Source: Octopus bimaculoides (taxonomy: Eukaryota). From it: a stretch of DNA of 64,000 bases. The notes below the pieces were generated by a model. That model ran no database searches. It had not been told where the DNA came from and worked only from the letters and a program-made list of their open reading frames with translations. Made by a program: the position numbers and the translations under genes. Below, in pieces: positions 11,801 through 24,820 of the stretch. Every line of letters begins with the position of its first letter. Within the stretch, counting starts at the first letter, position 1. The DNA lies in assembly GCF_001194135.2 (NCBI RefSeq), contig NC_068981.1, positions 5,734,487 through 5,798,486 on the forward strand, given 5' to 3'.

Positions 11801-13362
11801 TCAACAAGTCCTGTTTCTCTCGTTAGTTAATTAATGCTGAAGTTAGAACCGGTTTGGCAAGAATGAAAGATGCCTGACTGCAACCCAATCTCCACTGATG
11901 AAAGATTTCTTCTTCCTTCTCATATGAAATAGATTGTATACAGGAGGGAGGGGGGGGCGAGGGGAAGGAGGTGTACCACTGTTACAATATCACCAACAGG
12001 AGCTGGGGGCTAGTAGAACCGGTTTAGTCTGGAATCTGAGGCAATTGGTGAGGGCCTGTGATGGCAACAGCCCAAGAGAGTTTCTGGAGACCGAAAGGGT
12101 GAGAAGCAAAAATGCTTTGGGTTCTTTTTACCGTTTCTGCTTCCATAATCTGACCCTTTCTCCATTCTCTCTGTGCTCCTTCATCTTCACTCCACCCATT
12201 AACCCCACCACCTCTCACCATACAAATAACTCCGTCCTGGTTTATTCTCTCTTGAACACTGTTCTACTTCTGGCAATCAAAATTATTGATATTCCACAAA
12301 CACTTCTCCAGAATTGGTTGCGTAAACATCAATATATTGAAAAAACAAGGAGGAGGAGGAAATGAGATTGTTAGCCGTGAGATACTGTGTATGGATATCA
12401 CAGCAGTACAGACATAACTAATGCAGAGATGATATCCTAATGATATAGCTATGTTGAGAAGATACAACAGTGATATAGATCATCATTGTTTAATGTCTGT
12501 TTTCCATGCTGGCATGGGTTGGACGGTTTGACTGAGGTCTGGAGAGCCAGCGGTTGCATCAGGCACCAATGTGATCTGGCAATGTTTCTACAGCTGGATA
12601 CCTTTCCTAATGGCAACCACTTCGAGAGTGTAGTGGGTGCTTTTTACATGGCAGTTAGGCGGACCTGGCATCAATCACGTTTGGATAGTGCTTTTTAGTG
12701 CTTATATATAAATGAGTTTGGATGGATATATTATCTAGGCGAATACTACGATGGCTCTCAGTTATGTTCCAGGTTATGGCTCACCACATCAATTAGTATT
12801 TGGGGTCTATGACTACTATTAGCTGCAGTGAAAATCATGCCAAGCTGCATCTGCAACTGCATGTAATCTGTGTAGTGGAAATGTGTAGATCATAAAGACC
12901 ATAAGAGTAATGTGCATAAAATTGTAAAAGAAGAAATAAATTGTGAGGATGAACAAGTCTCCATGTTCTATATTGTTATAAGTATTGCTTCTATATATAT
13001 CATCATCTATCTTTTAACATCTGCTTTCCATGCTGGCATGGGTTTGATGGTTTGACTGAGGACTGGTAAGCCGGGAGACTGCACCAGGCTCCAATCTGAT
13101 TTGGCAATATAATATATATAAACACAGGATTCTTTCAGTTTCTGTTTACCAAATCCACTTACAAAGCTTTGGTCAGCCTGGAGCAATAGTAGAAAGTACC
13201 AAGCAGTGGAACTGAACTCAACACCATAGGGTTGCGAAGCAAACTCCTTATTCACATAACTATGCTTGTGTCTATAAATTCAAAGAGAAATTCTAAGTTT
13301 TCCAATGAGAAGTAATTAATTAGTTGTTATCTTTCCTTCTTTTTCTCTCCCTCTCTCCATAT

Positions 13363-13393
<31 letters not shown>

Positions 13394-13875
13394 CACAGTT
13401 GAAATTTATAGAAAAACAAAAGACGAAGACAGGTGTATGAACAAGCAGGTGTGTTAGTTTAATGATCAGGAAAATGAGAAAGTATNNNNNNNNNNNNNNN
13501 NNNNNNNNNNNNNNNNNNNNNNNNNNNNNNNNNNNNNNNNNNNNNNNNNNNNNNNNNNNNNNNNNNNNNNNNNNNNNNNNNNNNNNNNNNNNNNNNNNNN
13601 NNNNNNNNNNNNNNNNNNNNNNNNNNNNNNNNNNNNNNNNNNNNNNNGGCACATAAAAGACACCATTTCGAGCGTGGCCGTTTTCGTGCGGGTGACACGT
13701 AAAAGCACCCACTACACTCTCTGAGTGGTTGGCGTTAGGAAGGGCATCCAGCTGTAGAAACTCTGCCAAATTAGACTGGAGCCTGGTGTTGCCATCCGGT
13801 TTCACCAGTCCTCAGTCAAATCGTCCAACCCATGCTAGCATGGAAAGCGGATGTTAAACGATGATGATGATGATG

Positions 13876-13918
<43 letters not shown>

Positions 13919-14239
13919 TGAGTGTAGACAAATTTTAGGCATTGAAACATTTTGAAATCTTTACATTACTCCAACATCTCAAATGTTGTGGAATATTGAA
14001 ATATCGTAATATTCCATAAAAGGAAAGATTATGGCTTTTGGGAATTATTTATTCATTCCATGGAATACAACTGGGAGAAATGGTAAAGTTGTGTACAAAG
14101 CATCACACAATAAGGATATTGGTAATTGCATAACACAACGCATTGCAGCATTATCGCTAATCTCCAGAAAAAAACTGTCAAAATGTTTTAGTTACAGGAG
14201 CTAAATACAAGTAAATTCAATGGTAAAGTTATTATATAG

Positions 14240-14750
14240 ACACATTCATTCATACACACACACACACATATATATATACATACATGCACACACTTGTAAA
14301 CAGACACGTATAGATATGTGCCTGCATACACATACGTATACATGCACACACACACACACACACTTGTACACACATGTATACATGCACACGTATACACACA
14401 CATGTATACATGCACACGTATACACACACATGTATACATGCACACGTATACACACACATGTATACATGCACACGTATACACACACACGTATACATGCACA
14501 CGTATACACGCACACGTATACACACACGTATACACACACGTATACACACACGTATACACACACATGTATATATGCACACGTATACACACACATGTATATA
14601 TGCACACACATGTATATATGCACACGTATACACACACATGTATACATGCACACATGTACACACATGTATACATACTCATATCCAGAAACAAACATATACA
14701 CACACAGACAGACACATGTAACTCTACACAAGCACACACACACACCCACA
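14240..14750. repeat. ~500-bp alternating purine/pyrimidine compound microsatellite
   Basis: Higher-order unit CACGTATACACACACATGTATACATGCA; source of several HT/VC-rich false ORFs. Confidence 0.95.
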
Positions 14751-17460
14751 CAACACCAGAGGATATTGGAATATCATATTTCATACATGATATACTTCCA
14801 GAATAATTCCAAATATCTGAATCTGTTTAGTTTCTTTCAGTTTTTCTCTAGAAATCCCCACAAAAATATTGGAAATTAGCCAATTATATTATTTTTTTCA
14901 TGCTATCCAATTATTGGTTTACCTTCATTACCAATGGAATCATTACCATTTCAACAGGAGCAGCACCTCATTAGTAAAGGAGCTCAAACAACATTGCAAT
15001 GAGGCATTCAAAAATCTGGAGACTAATTAATGACGGCACGGAAGAAGACAAGGCTGAAGATCAGAGCTAAAGATGTCTGGAATTACCAATTTAAGCCAAA
15101 ATTACAATCTGTGTATCATACTAAATGTATATCTTATCTTTTTCTTGTTTCACTCGTTAGACTTTGGCTATGTTGGAGCACCACCTTAAGGGATTTTAGT
15201 CAAAAGAGTCGACCCCAGTATTTATTTTTTTGTAAAGTGTTTATTTTATTGGTCTCTTTTGCTGAACTGCCAAGTTATAGGGACATAAACACACCAGCAC
15301 CGGTTGTTAAGTGGTGGTGGTGGAGGCAAACATTTTTTTTCTCTCTCTCTATATATATATACACACATATAGATGCATACATACAAGGGCAACCAGCTAT
15401 AGAAACCATACCAAAGCAGACAGTTGGAGTTCTCTGGCATTGTCCAGCTCCGGTCAAATTGTCCAACCCATACCAGCATAGAAAATGGATATTAAATGAT
15501 GATCAACTCCTCCTCTCGTATCTGGAGAGAAGCTTCCATCTCAGTTGGTTTCTAGTCTTTCACCACTCAAGATACTGTGAAATGGTGCACACAAAAGTTT
15601 CTGTTGGCATTGGGTTTTTTTTCTTTTTTTTTTTTTTCTGTTGGTCAGGTAAGAAAATCAAACACTCCCTACGTATCACTGCCATGGTAGCCTTAGAAAT
15701 CATTTAATGTCTACTTTCCATGCTGGCATGGGTTGGACAGCTTGACAAGAACTGGCAAGGACAGGAGCTGCACCAGGTTTCATAATCTGTTTTGTCATGG
15801 TTTCTATGGCTGGATGCCTTTCCTAATGCCAACCACTTTACAGAGCGTACTGGGTGCTTGTTACATGGCACCAGCAGCAGTCTTCAATATTCCGTTGTCT
15901 CTAAATCTTCCGGATGGTCTTCTATTAAACACCCAACCTATATATTTGTGAATCAAAATGACCATCATTCCAATAGTGGCCTTGTTCCACCTCACAACCA
16001 CAAAACCTTTGACTGTCCTGTGGGGTAGAGGCAGTAGTGGGTGCTCCTCCTACTCTTTCTGGTCATTATCTGTTGGTGTTTGTTCTTCAGTTTTGCTTTG
16101 ACCCTATGTCCAGTTTTTACCCTTCAAGTTCTCATCTCATCTGCCTCATCACAAAACAATAGAAGTAGCACTGTCGGTAACGATCAAGCAAAGGGGTGCC
16201 TGGTCATTGTCAACCTCTTCTCTCCTCTCTGAAACTATGACCTATGGTACTTTGGACACTGATGCCTCTGTCATTTCTCATACTTTTCCTTCCTTTTTAG
16301 CTCTTTTCCAGTTCTTCAAGTGACTTTTGCTTCCACATGTGTAGCAACAAAGCCTTCTTGCATCACAAGCTTCATGCTCTTTGCTTCTTCACTGGTGATG
16401 GGGTACATGTCCAGTATAGTCCAGTGGCTTTGTATAAGTCCATCTTGACCACCCCCTCCTGGTCACCTATCACTTCTCGTCCCCCTCTGTGGTGACCACC
16501 TGCTCACACCATGGAGCAAACTTTTCCAAGTCAGAGGTCAATATCTTTGTCAATGCCTATGACTATTACCCAAGTCTCATCAGTTCAATAATCAATAATA
16601 AATGTGTCTCTTACAGGTATAAAGGCAGGACACTCAATGGTGTGTGTGTGTGTGTGGTGGTGGTGGGGGAAGGTTAGTTAGCCCGACACTAGCATGTGAT
16701 TGTTTTATTGACCCCTAGAGGAATGAAAGGTAAATATGGTCCCTGTGGGATTTGAACTCAAATTATAAAGAGCTGGAACAAATACCACAAGGCATTTAAT
16801 CCTTTAGTATTTAAACTGGAGCAGTTCAGCAAATGAGACTGATAAAATAAGTTCTAGGTTTAATAAAGGGGGGGAAGGACCGGAATCAATTAATTCAACT
16901 AAAAAGTCTTTAAGGTTGTGCCCCAGCATGGCCACAGTTTTATGGTTGAAACAAGTAAAAGATAAAGAGATATCAATCAAGTCCAAACATTCTATCTGTT
17001 TTATCTTCAAACTGGCCAGATCTGGCCTCTCACACTTACTTTACAATATTATTCTAAAAATAAACAATCACATCATTGAAATCTCAAAGCTACAATGTAT
17101 TGTAGGACTGAAAATCAATGTGAACAAAAACATTTTATATTTGACAGAGAAATCTGAATGCTAAACGATTAAATGGGAAATAGCTTGTATCCATACTACT
17201 ACTACTACTACTATTACTACTACTACTACATCACATGATATCAGTGACAGGACTTCAAGACAATAAGATAAGGCAGCTGCTGAATTGAAAAGGTTTCAAG
17301 CAACCAAATTCTGTTGTAATATTAATTATTCCTCCTCAAGTGGTTTGTGACTATTTTCAAAAGAAAATATCAAAATTGGATCTGAAAGACTAAAAAACGT
17401 TCGTTTCGATTTTCAAATTATGAATGAATGGAAGAATTTAGCAATGTTAGCAATGACTCA

Positions 17461-17698
17461 ACTATTTACATTTGACGGATATTTGTCCTCCTCTTGTTTG
17501 TTGTTAACACAACGCTTCGGCTGATATACCCTCCAACCTTCATCAGGTGCCTGGGGGGAATTTCGAACATGGGTTCTCATTCCTAAGGTATTTTTCTGAC
17601 ATTATTATTATTATTATTATTATTCAGGTCACTGCCTGGAATTGAACTCGGAATCTTGGGGTTAGTAGCCTGCAATCTTAACCACTGCGCCATATGCC
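17461..17698 (-). mobile_element. tRNA-headed SINE family E with hammerhead-bearing tail
   Basis: Head GGCATATGGCGCAGTGG (perfect A box)...GAGTTCAATTCC (B box), then (AAT)n, then GGCAC-CUGAUGA-A-GGUUGG..UCAGCC-GAAG-CG-UU-GUGUU at 17506-17551 (A15.1 mutated to G). Confidence 0.8.
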
Positions 17699-17712
17699 TG
17701 TGGGACTGAATA

Positions 17713-17894
17713 TGACCTGAATAATAATAATAATACCAGAAAAATACCCAAGGAATGAGAACCCAGGCTCGAAATTCCCCCAGGTCATCTGATGATGGCT
17801 GGAGAGTACACCAGCTAAAAATTTACGTTAACAACAAACAGGAGGAGGACAAATATCTGTCAAATGTAAATAATGTAAATAATTCCTCATCTCT
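17713..17894 (+). mobile_element. Inverted 5'-truncated copy of SINE family E
   Basis: Reverse complement of 17461-17632; retains CUGAUGA (17789-17795) and helix II GGCUGG/CCAGCU, but GAAA has decayed to AAAA. Confidence 0.8.
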
Positions 17895-19405
17895 CAAAGG
17901 ACAACTATTTTAGGCACCAATCTTCTCTTCCTCCTCATTATCATCTTCTTGCTCACCATCTCCATCGTCTTCCTCTTCTCATCCACAGACCAGAGACACA
18001 AATCAAACACTTGTGGAGTTAAGTCTGTCAAAGGCACCCAGGGACCCAATGGTAGGGCAAAACTGAGCAACAGATTGAACCTTGGTTTCAGCATTTTGGT
18101 TCGCAAGATTCTTGATGTGAAATCTTGTGATTGGGACTTGGAAAAAAATTTTGTTCTATCCTGGGAGGGTCATTAAACAAATAGTAATACTCTCCAACTC
18201 CCTTGGTCAAGTGTCTTGGACTGGCCAAAGCCTTGCAAGTGGGTTTGGTAGACAGAGACAGAAAGAAGTCCAAGTGTGTGGGTGTGTGTGTGTGTTTATG
18301 TATGTAAGCTTGTGTACATATGTGAGTATGTGTGTGTGCCTGTTGCCATGTGTGTGTATGTATGTATGTGTATATGTCTATGTGTGAATGCATGTATTTA
18401 TGTGTGTGCACGTGCACGTGTATGTATGTGCGTGTGGGTGTTCCTCATCACCACTTGACAACTGGTGTTGGTGTGTTTACATCCCCATAACTTAGTGGTT
18501 TGGCAAAAGTGACTGAAAGAATAAGATCTAGGTCTTAAAAAAAAATATCCTGAGGTTGATTCATTTGACTAAAAATTTAAGGTGGCGCCCAAGCAGGGTC
18601 ACAGACTAAGGAGTGAAAAATTGAAACAAGTAAAAGACAAAAGCTACAAACACACACACACACACGTGCATGCATGTGTGTGTGCATGCGCCCTTATGAG
18701 TAAGTGAAACGAAATGGCAGTAGCACTTGACATATTTGATAGGAGTTATATTTCTTAATAACAATTTGGCTCAGCTCCATGAAGAATTCCGGGGGATCAT
18801 AAAACATGTCCCTCTCGTCAGGGGTTAGGAGCAGGGTCAGAGTTTTGAGAGACATTCAAAATGGCTTCAAAGTGTTATTTCAATTTTCAAAATGACTTCC
18901 CCAACATCAAATGGGGTATCATTGACAGGATCCCTTCCTTACTCACCTGGAGTTCATAGTTGCCAACCCCTCTGCAAGGGACTACACATGCTCCACCAAC
19001 AAAAAGAATGAACTAATTGTTACCACCAAAGATACTCCTGTTAATAAACTGCAAGTCACTAGCAGCTAACAAACCATATAAAACAGCCAGGGTTTATCTG
19101 ACCCACACATACAGACAGGGTTTTTAATCCCTGCTGCCCATATAGACTACAGCCGACCCATGTTGGTAATTAGCCTCAGTTCTTACCCAACACCATCAAA
19201 TTTGATTGCTCCCACGTAAAAACTGCTATCACTAACAATCCTTTCTACTGTAGGCACAAGGCCTGAAATTTGTGGGGAGGGGACTAATTGATTACATTGA
19301 CCCCCAGTGTTTCACTGGTACTTAATGTATCGACCCCGAAAGGATGAAAGACAAAGTCAACCTCTGCAGAATTTGAACCCAGAACATAGCGGCAAGCAAA
19401 ATACC

Positions 19406-19630
19406 TATTTCTGTATTGCCCACAAGAGGCTAAACATAGAGGGGACAAACAAGGACAGACAAAGGGATTAAGTCGATTACATCGACCCCAGTGCGTAACT
19501 GGTACTTAATTTATCGACCCCGAAAGGATGAAAGGCAAAGTCAACCTCGGCGGAATTTGAACTCAGAACTTAACGGCAGACGAAATACCGCTAAGCATTT
19601 CGCCCGGCGTGCTAACGTTTCTGTCAGCTC
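19406..19630 (-). mobile_element. Young full-length SINE family B insertion with 17-bp TSD
   Basis: Flanked by perfect GCGGCAAGCAAAATACC at 19389-19405 and 19631-19647, inside an older family-B copy. Confidence 0.92.
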
Positions 19631-20293
19631 GCGGCAAGCAAAATACCACTAAGCATTTCATTCAGCCAGCTTGTTGCCTTAATAATGACCCTTTCTGAAA
19701 AGCAAAGTTGACCTTGGCAGAATTTGAACTCAGAACGTAAAGACTGATGAAATACTGCTAAGCATTTTGCCTGGTGTGCTAACGATTCTGCCAGCTCACC
19801 GCTTTCTTGCTAAGCTGCTGACCCCTACCATGATCTGAACCCAATACAAAGAACTGATGTCACTGACTACACCATACTGCAGCCTGCTGCCAAAACGACA
19901 CCAGAACCCCCATCAACATCCTTTCTACACATGTAGCCTTGAAAATAGGCAAAACAGCCAGAGATCTCTTTTATAGCATTAATACCACATGAGCTGACCA
20001 ATAAAAGCCTAGCACCCAGAAGCCATCTTGACTTTCTCTCAAAACACTGTAGCATCTGATGAGATGAACGTGCTCTATGTGCCCACAAAACTAAGCCTTG
20101 TGGAGCTGAGTTAAAATGTTATTAAAAAATCACATGAATACAGACTTGTTACCAGTTCAAATATGTTTTGTGGCATATTTGGACCTGTAAGAAAGTCATT
20201 CACTGTAATTTATCTTGGAGAATATCTCTTGTTGTAGACAAAGAGGTGTAGATACACTGAGCCAGCTTACAGCACCCTCTGACCAGTCTGTTG

Positions 20294-20333
20294 GATGGAT
20301 GCATTTCAGAGTGGTTATCTCCTCTTCAGCAAC
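20294..20333 (-). ncRNA. Minimal type-I hammerhead motif (sense to the VAT1L intron)
   Basis: GUUG-CUGAAGA-GGAG(AUAACCA)CUCU-GAAA-UGCA-UC-CAUC. Intact core; palindromic helix III AUGCAU; helix I 3/4 pairs; AUC triplet. Confidence 0.7.
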
Positions 20334-20411
20334 AGAGACCAGACAGAGACAGGAATATCAAAAGAGAGACCTGTCTCGTGTCAGTTTGCAGTGTCTGCTT
20401 TTCCAGTCTCT

Positions 20412-20451
20412 GGTGCTGAAGAGGAGATAACCATTCTGAAATACATTCATC
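20412..20451 (+). ncRNA. Minimal type-I hammerhead motif, inverted partner of 20294-20333
   Basis: GGUG-CUGAAGA-GGAG(AUAACCA)UUCU-GAAA-UACA-UU-CAUC; one change in the helix III palindrome. Confidence 0.62.
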
Positions 20452-23400
20452 CAGTAGTATGGTTAGGGGATGCTGTGAACTGACTTGGTGTTTTCTACAT
20501 CTATCTTGTCTACCGGGAGAAATTTCCTCCATGACAAAATATAGCGAATAGCTTTCTTACAGGTTCGAATATACCTCAGACATATTTTAGTAGGTAATAA
20601 GTCTGTATCTATACACATCACAGCTTTGTGCTATCAACCTGGATAAAAATTACCAAACACACAATTGAATCTAAAAAAACTTCCATAATAAATATTCTCA
20701 ATTAGGAATTTAGATTTACAATTTAGAAAATCTTTCATTAAATAATAAACGAGGAATGTAATTATTTTTAATGACTGCTCTGATCTAATAACATTTAAAA
20801 CAGTTGGTTGTCAATATGACAAGTCACGAACAAGTTTAAGAATGTTAATGCAAAAAAATTAGAATTTAAATATTGCTGCTGTAACTGGCAAATAAACAAT
20901 TGTTTATCAGTTAAAATTGTATAATCTTCTGCAGATTCTCATGTCTAAGCAAGACAATTGATGAAATTAAGAGATAAATAAATAAATCACATAGTAATGA
21001 AACTGTTAAGTATGACAATTAACAAAATGTTTTAACAAAAAGAAGAAAAAAAGTTTGGATTGAATTTTTTTTTAAATCCCAGTGAAACAGCTGGAATATT
21101 CTGGAATAATTTTATGTAAGCAGAGAAACAAAATATGTTGCCAAAGAACTTGGAACAGGTGTTGGTGGACATGGAAGATTGTGTGTTTGTGTTTTAGAGA
21201 AATTAAATATTGAATTGTATGAGAAACAATCAATAGCCATGATGACTAAGAATGGTACTGGGACACAAAATAAACAACAAAACAAAACAATTCAACAATG
21301 GCACTTGAGCTGCCAGAAATAGCAACCAAACTTTCCTCAAATTGTACATTACCTTATAAAACAAAGGTTGTATATAATTTAGTCCTTTAAATAACATGTT
21401 TGAAAAGAAAATTTTAATATGAGACAGTCATAGATGGAACATCGAGTCTGTTGACTTAGGGATGACCTGGGGTTGTACAACAATAAGAAACAACAAAAAT
21501 ACTGATAAAATGCCTTCCCCACCATCACCAAATACCATTTTTTTTTGTAATTTCAAGGCAAATAATATCTTATGCAAATGGAATCGTCATCATCATTTAA
21601 TATCCATTTTCTCATGCTTGTGCTGGAAACAGAATTTGGTTAAGCAGAGTTTTTACAGCTGGATGCCCTTCCTGTCACCAACCTACTCCTGTTTCCAAGC
21701 AGGGTAATAGTTTCCCTGTGGACAGACATGTTTTCCAGGGAAGACAGGAAATGAACACCATCACTTCTATGATGGTGATGCACATATACAACCATCAAGA
21801 CAAAGAAATGCTAACACACACACACACAAATCTGTAGTAAGACATAAATTTATTTTTTTACTGCAGCAGGGTTTAGTTGTTTGGGGCAAACGCTGACCAC
21901 TTAAGGTTGGCGTTGTGCAAATTTAAACAACTTCTGCCCAAGTTGAAAACGCTTTTAAAAACAGTTGAGTTAGTTAGCATGAAGGCGTTGAACTTTTAAC
22001 AATGTACTCCCAAGCTTCTCATTCTGTCAGCTTCACCTAGAACCTGGAAGATTGTTCAATTTCTTAGTTACTATGACTACTGAGCCAAGTTGTTTTTAGC
22101 AAGTCAAAATCATTACGTTCACTTTTTCACTTGGCATTTGTCTTCTTTTTTAAGCCATTATGAAGCTTATTATATCATTTTACTATGTTTGCTGAAATTG
22201 ACTGCTTCAGCAAGACTAGTTGTCTGGCTTTGTACTATGGGATTAATATCCAGTACCAAACTAAAGAACCTGTAAAAATTACTAAGTGCAATCAAATATA
22301 TTCACGTCTTGCTATGTTATTCCTGTCTGGCTGAAGGTTTAAATTTTGATCGTTTACACACACAGGGAATATTCCTGTAATACATGTTTGTTCAGCATTG
22401 TTTTGAAAAAAAACTAAATAAAAGTGTCACATTTTGAACTTGAATACAACTCATTGTTTTCTGATTCTTTCTGTGTAGAATTTGTCAAACATCTATTTTT
22501 GCTAAACATCTTTATAAGCAGCAGGTTTCTTTCACTTTCAGTCTACCAAATCTACTCAAAGATCTGGTCACGCCAAGAAAATACTTGTTGCGTCATGCAG
22601 TAGGACTGAACCTGAGACCAGATGGTTTGGAAGCAAGCTTCTCAACTGCAGCCACACCTGTAGCAATGACAAACCATTGGTAGAAAAGCATGCTGTGAGC
22701 AACGGTTTACATTGAACAAAGACTTCAGCCTGAAAGTAAGATAAGTCTTCTGTAAAGGGGATCAACCAGTTAACAAATCAGATAAACCATAAATAAATCT
22801 CTAAGGGATTAGGACACATGTCACAAATCATAATCCTTGAGTCAACAAATCTAAAACAGGCAAAATGACTTTGGTTAAAAACATGTCCAATAGTCAATAA
22901 TATACAAAAGGAAAAAAGTGGTCCCTGGGGCAGGATGTGCTCACTAACCTTGGCAGCCCTTGGGGAACAATGAGTTCACTTTTGGTGGCCCCTGAGGGAC
23001 AATCACTTCACTGACCCTTTGTAACCCCCTAAACCATAATTACATCTTTGACATTTTCCTATTTTGCTTTTTGAAAATTTAGGCTGATTTTGTGGGTTTT
23101 TTTTTTTTGTTTTTCTCTCTTCAATGATTATTATTCAGTCCCGGGTCATAAAGACATTCCAACCATGATCTTTCCTGCTTGTCCAAGTAGGAAATGCAGG
23201 TACTACTTTTTTTTTTTATAAAGAATTGTCAAAAACTAGAATATATAACTGTGATTACCCTATTCATGTTCAAATCTACTGGACTGTATTAAAACTGGCA
23301 CACTCTGTCGGTTACCAGGACAAGGGTTCCAATTGATCCGATCAACAGAACAGCCTGCTGAGGAAATTAAACAAGCAAGTGGCTGAGTACTCCACAGACA

Positions 23401-23739
23401 TGCATACCCTTAATGTAGTTCTCGGGGTGATTCAGCGTGACACAGAGTGTGACAAGGCTGGCCTTTTGAAATACAGGTACAAATTTTTTCCAGCTGGGTT
23501 GACATGGAGCAACATGAAGTAAGGCCTCTTGCTCAAGGATGCAATGCACAACTGGGAATAGAACTCACAACCTTATGAACAGGAGCTGAACACACTAACC
23601 ACTGAGCCACACGACTGGAATCTATTAAGAATGACTATGTAGGTTACTGTTTTGACTTTTGTTGTTCACCATGCACAAGACAATTTATTATTGGTCGGCT
23701 GACATCAGCAGGCATCAGAAAATAATTTGTTTACTGAAT

Positions 23740-24295
23740 TCTATAAAGAAGACCCTTGGATAGATTCATTGGTCTGGAGTAGTTTTGACTGAAGAAATCA
23801 TTAAGGTTGAAACACTGGTGTCTCAAAGTTTCCTCACATCAATGAACCAAATGTGCTGTGAACACGGATTCATCTGAAAGGAGTTGTTCTCCAATAACAA
23901 AATACAACAGAGCACTCGACATATTCACGTCATAATCTACTAAAATGTATTGAGATTGAATAGATGCGCTACCATTTTAATTCTTACTGTTCTGCATGTA
24001 TCTGTAAATGATCTTGGCAGACATCAAAATATTTTCAACAAATTACATGTTCATGGATTTCTATAAACAGGCACTAATAATCTGGTTAAATTCATTGATC
24101 TGGGGTAACTTTGTCTGAGGAGACAGAATAAAATCAAAACACCATGATGTCTCAAAGTCCCCATACATCAATGAATCACATGTCTTCTGAAAACACATCA
24201 TGTAAAGGGCTGAAGTGTTCTCCAAAGATGAAACACAACAACAATCAGCATATTCAATGTTCAAATCTGAACACATTAAGAATGAATAGATAAGT
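23740..24295. repeat. Diverged tandem duplication, period ~329 bp
   Basis: Collinear anchors GTCTCAAAGT (23820/24149), ACATCAATGAA (23836/24165), GTTCTCC (23886/24217) and GAATAGAT (23958/24284). Confidence 0.7.
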
Positions 24296-24329
24296 TACTG
24301 TTGCATAAAATATATTAGTTTACCATCTT

Positions 24330-24820
24330 CCTAAAATTAGGCAGGATTACAGTAGATGCTTCAACCACAATTGGGATAGTGCCATTACTGCACTAGCAGA
24401 CATCCCAAACAGCACCATCTGCCAATATTCAGTGAATGTCAGTGGCATCAGAAGAAGTACAAGAGCCAGGAGGATTTGTGCTCAGTGAAGTCAGGGAAAA
24501 TGAATACTTCAGAGTGAGGTGGAGTGATGTTAATGGAAAACTTGAAAAAGATGTCAAATAATTGCTGGTTGTTGGAGGAGTTCAGAGAGTGGCAGCGAGA
24601 ATAGATTAATATAAAGAAATGAAAAAGAGAGCACAAGAGAGTAACATGGAAGTCTTTGTAAAATCCAGGAATGTGAGAGAAGTGAATGGTAAAGAGGCTG
24701 GATCCTAAATGTTTGCAGATATATCCTTTCAAGGTGACATTGGAATAAAGTGGACAATCTATGGTTAGTGAATGAATAGATTTGTCTATCAAGGTTTCCA
24801 AGCAATCCTGCAGCAGAAAT
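24330..24820 (-). mobile_element. Very old CR1/L2-group LINE RT remnant
   Basis: LFLLQDCLETLIDKSIHSLTIDCPLY resembles the degenerate FxxFINDL...FADD region; weak similarity judged by eye only. Confidence 0.4.

Noticed and set aside
11890-11935. Other CUGAUGA/CUGAAGA...GAAA co-occurrences (also ~8630-8670 and ~33630-33660)
   Set aside because: Helix II and helix I cannot be formed, so they were treated as chance matches.
14188-14879. Long HT/VC-rich ORFs (also 10272-10979, 27249-28380, 45795-46325, 56740-57544, 60930-61586)
   Set aside because: They are translations of dinucleotide microsatellites, poly-A and N-gaps.
16280-16360. Gag-type zinc knuckle CYTCGSKSHLKNW on the minus strand
   Set aside because: The last Cys is missing, the spacing is off and the frame is closed by stops; too weak to call an LTR element.
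17620-17698. tRNA genes
   Set aside because: The tRNA-like segments have A/B boxes but no complete cloverleaf or acceptor stem, and continue into SINE bodies.
18945-19050. Strong CAG/GTGAGT donor suggesting a cryptic exon (similar donors near 63331 and 63370)
   Set aside because: No coding similarity, and such motifs are expected by chance in 64 kb; transcript data would be needed.
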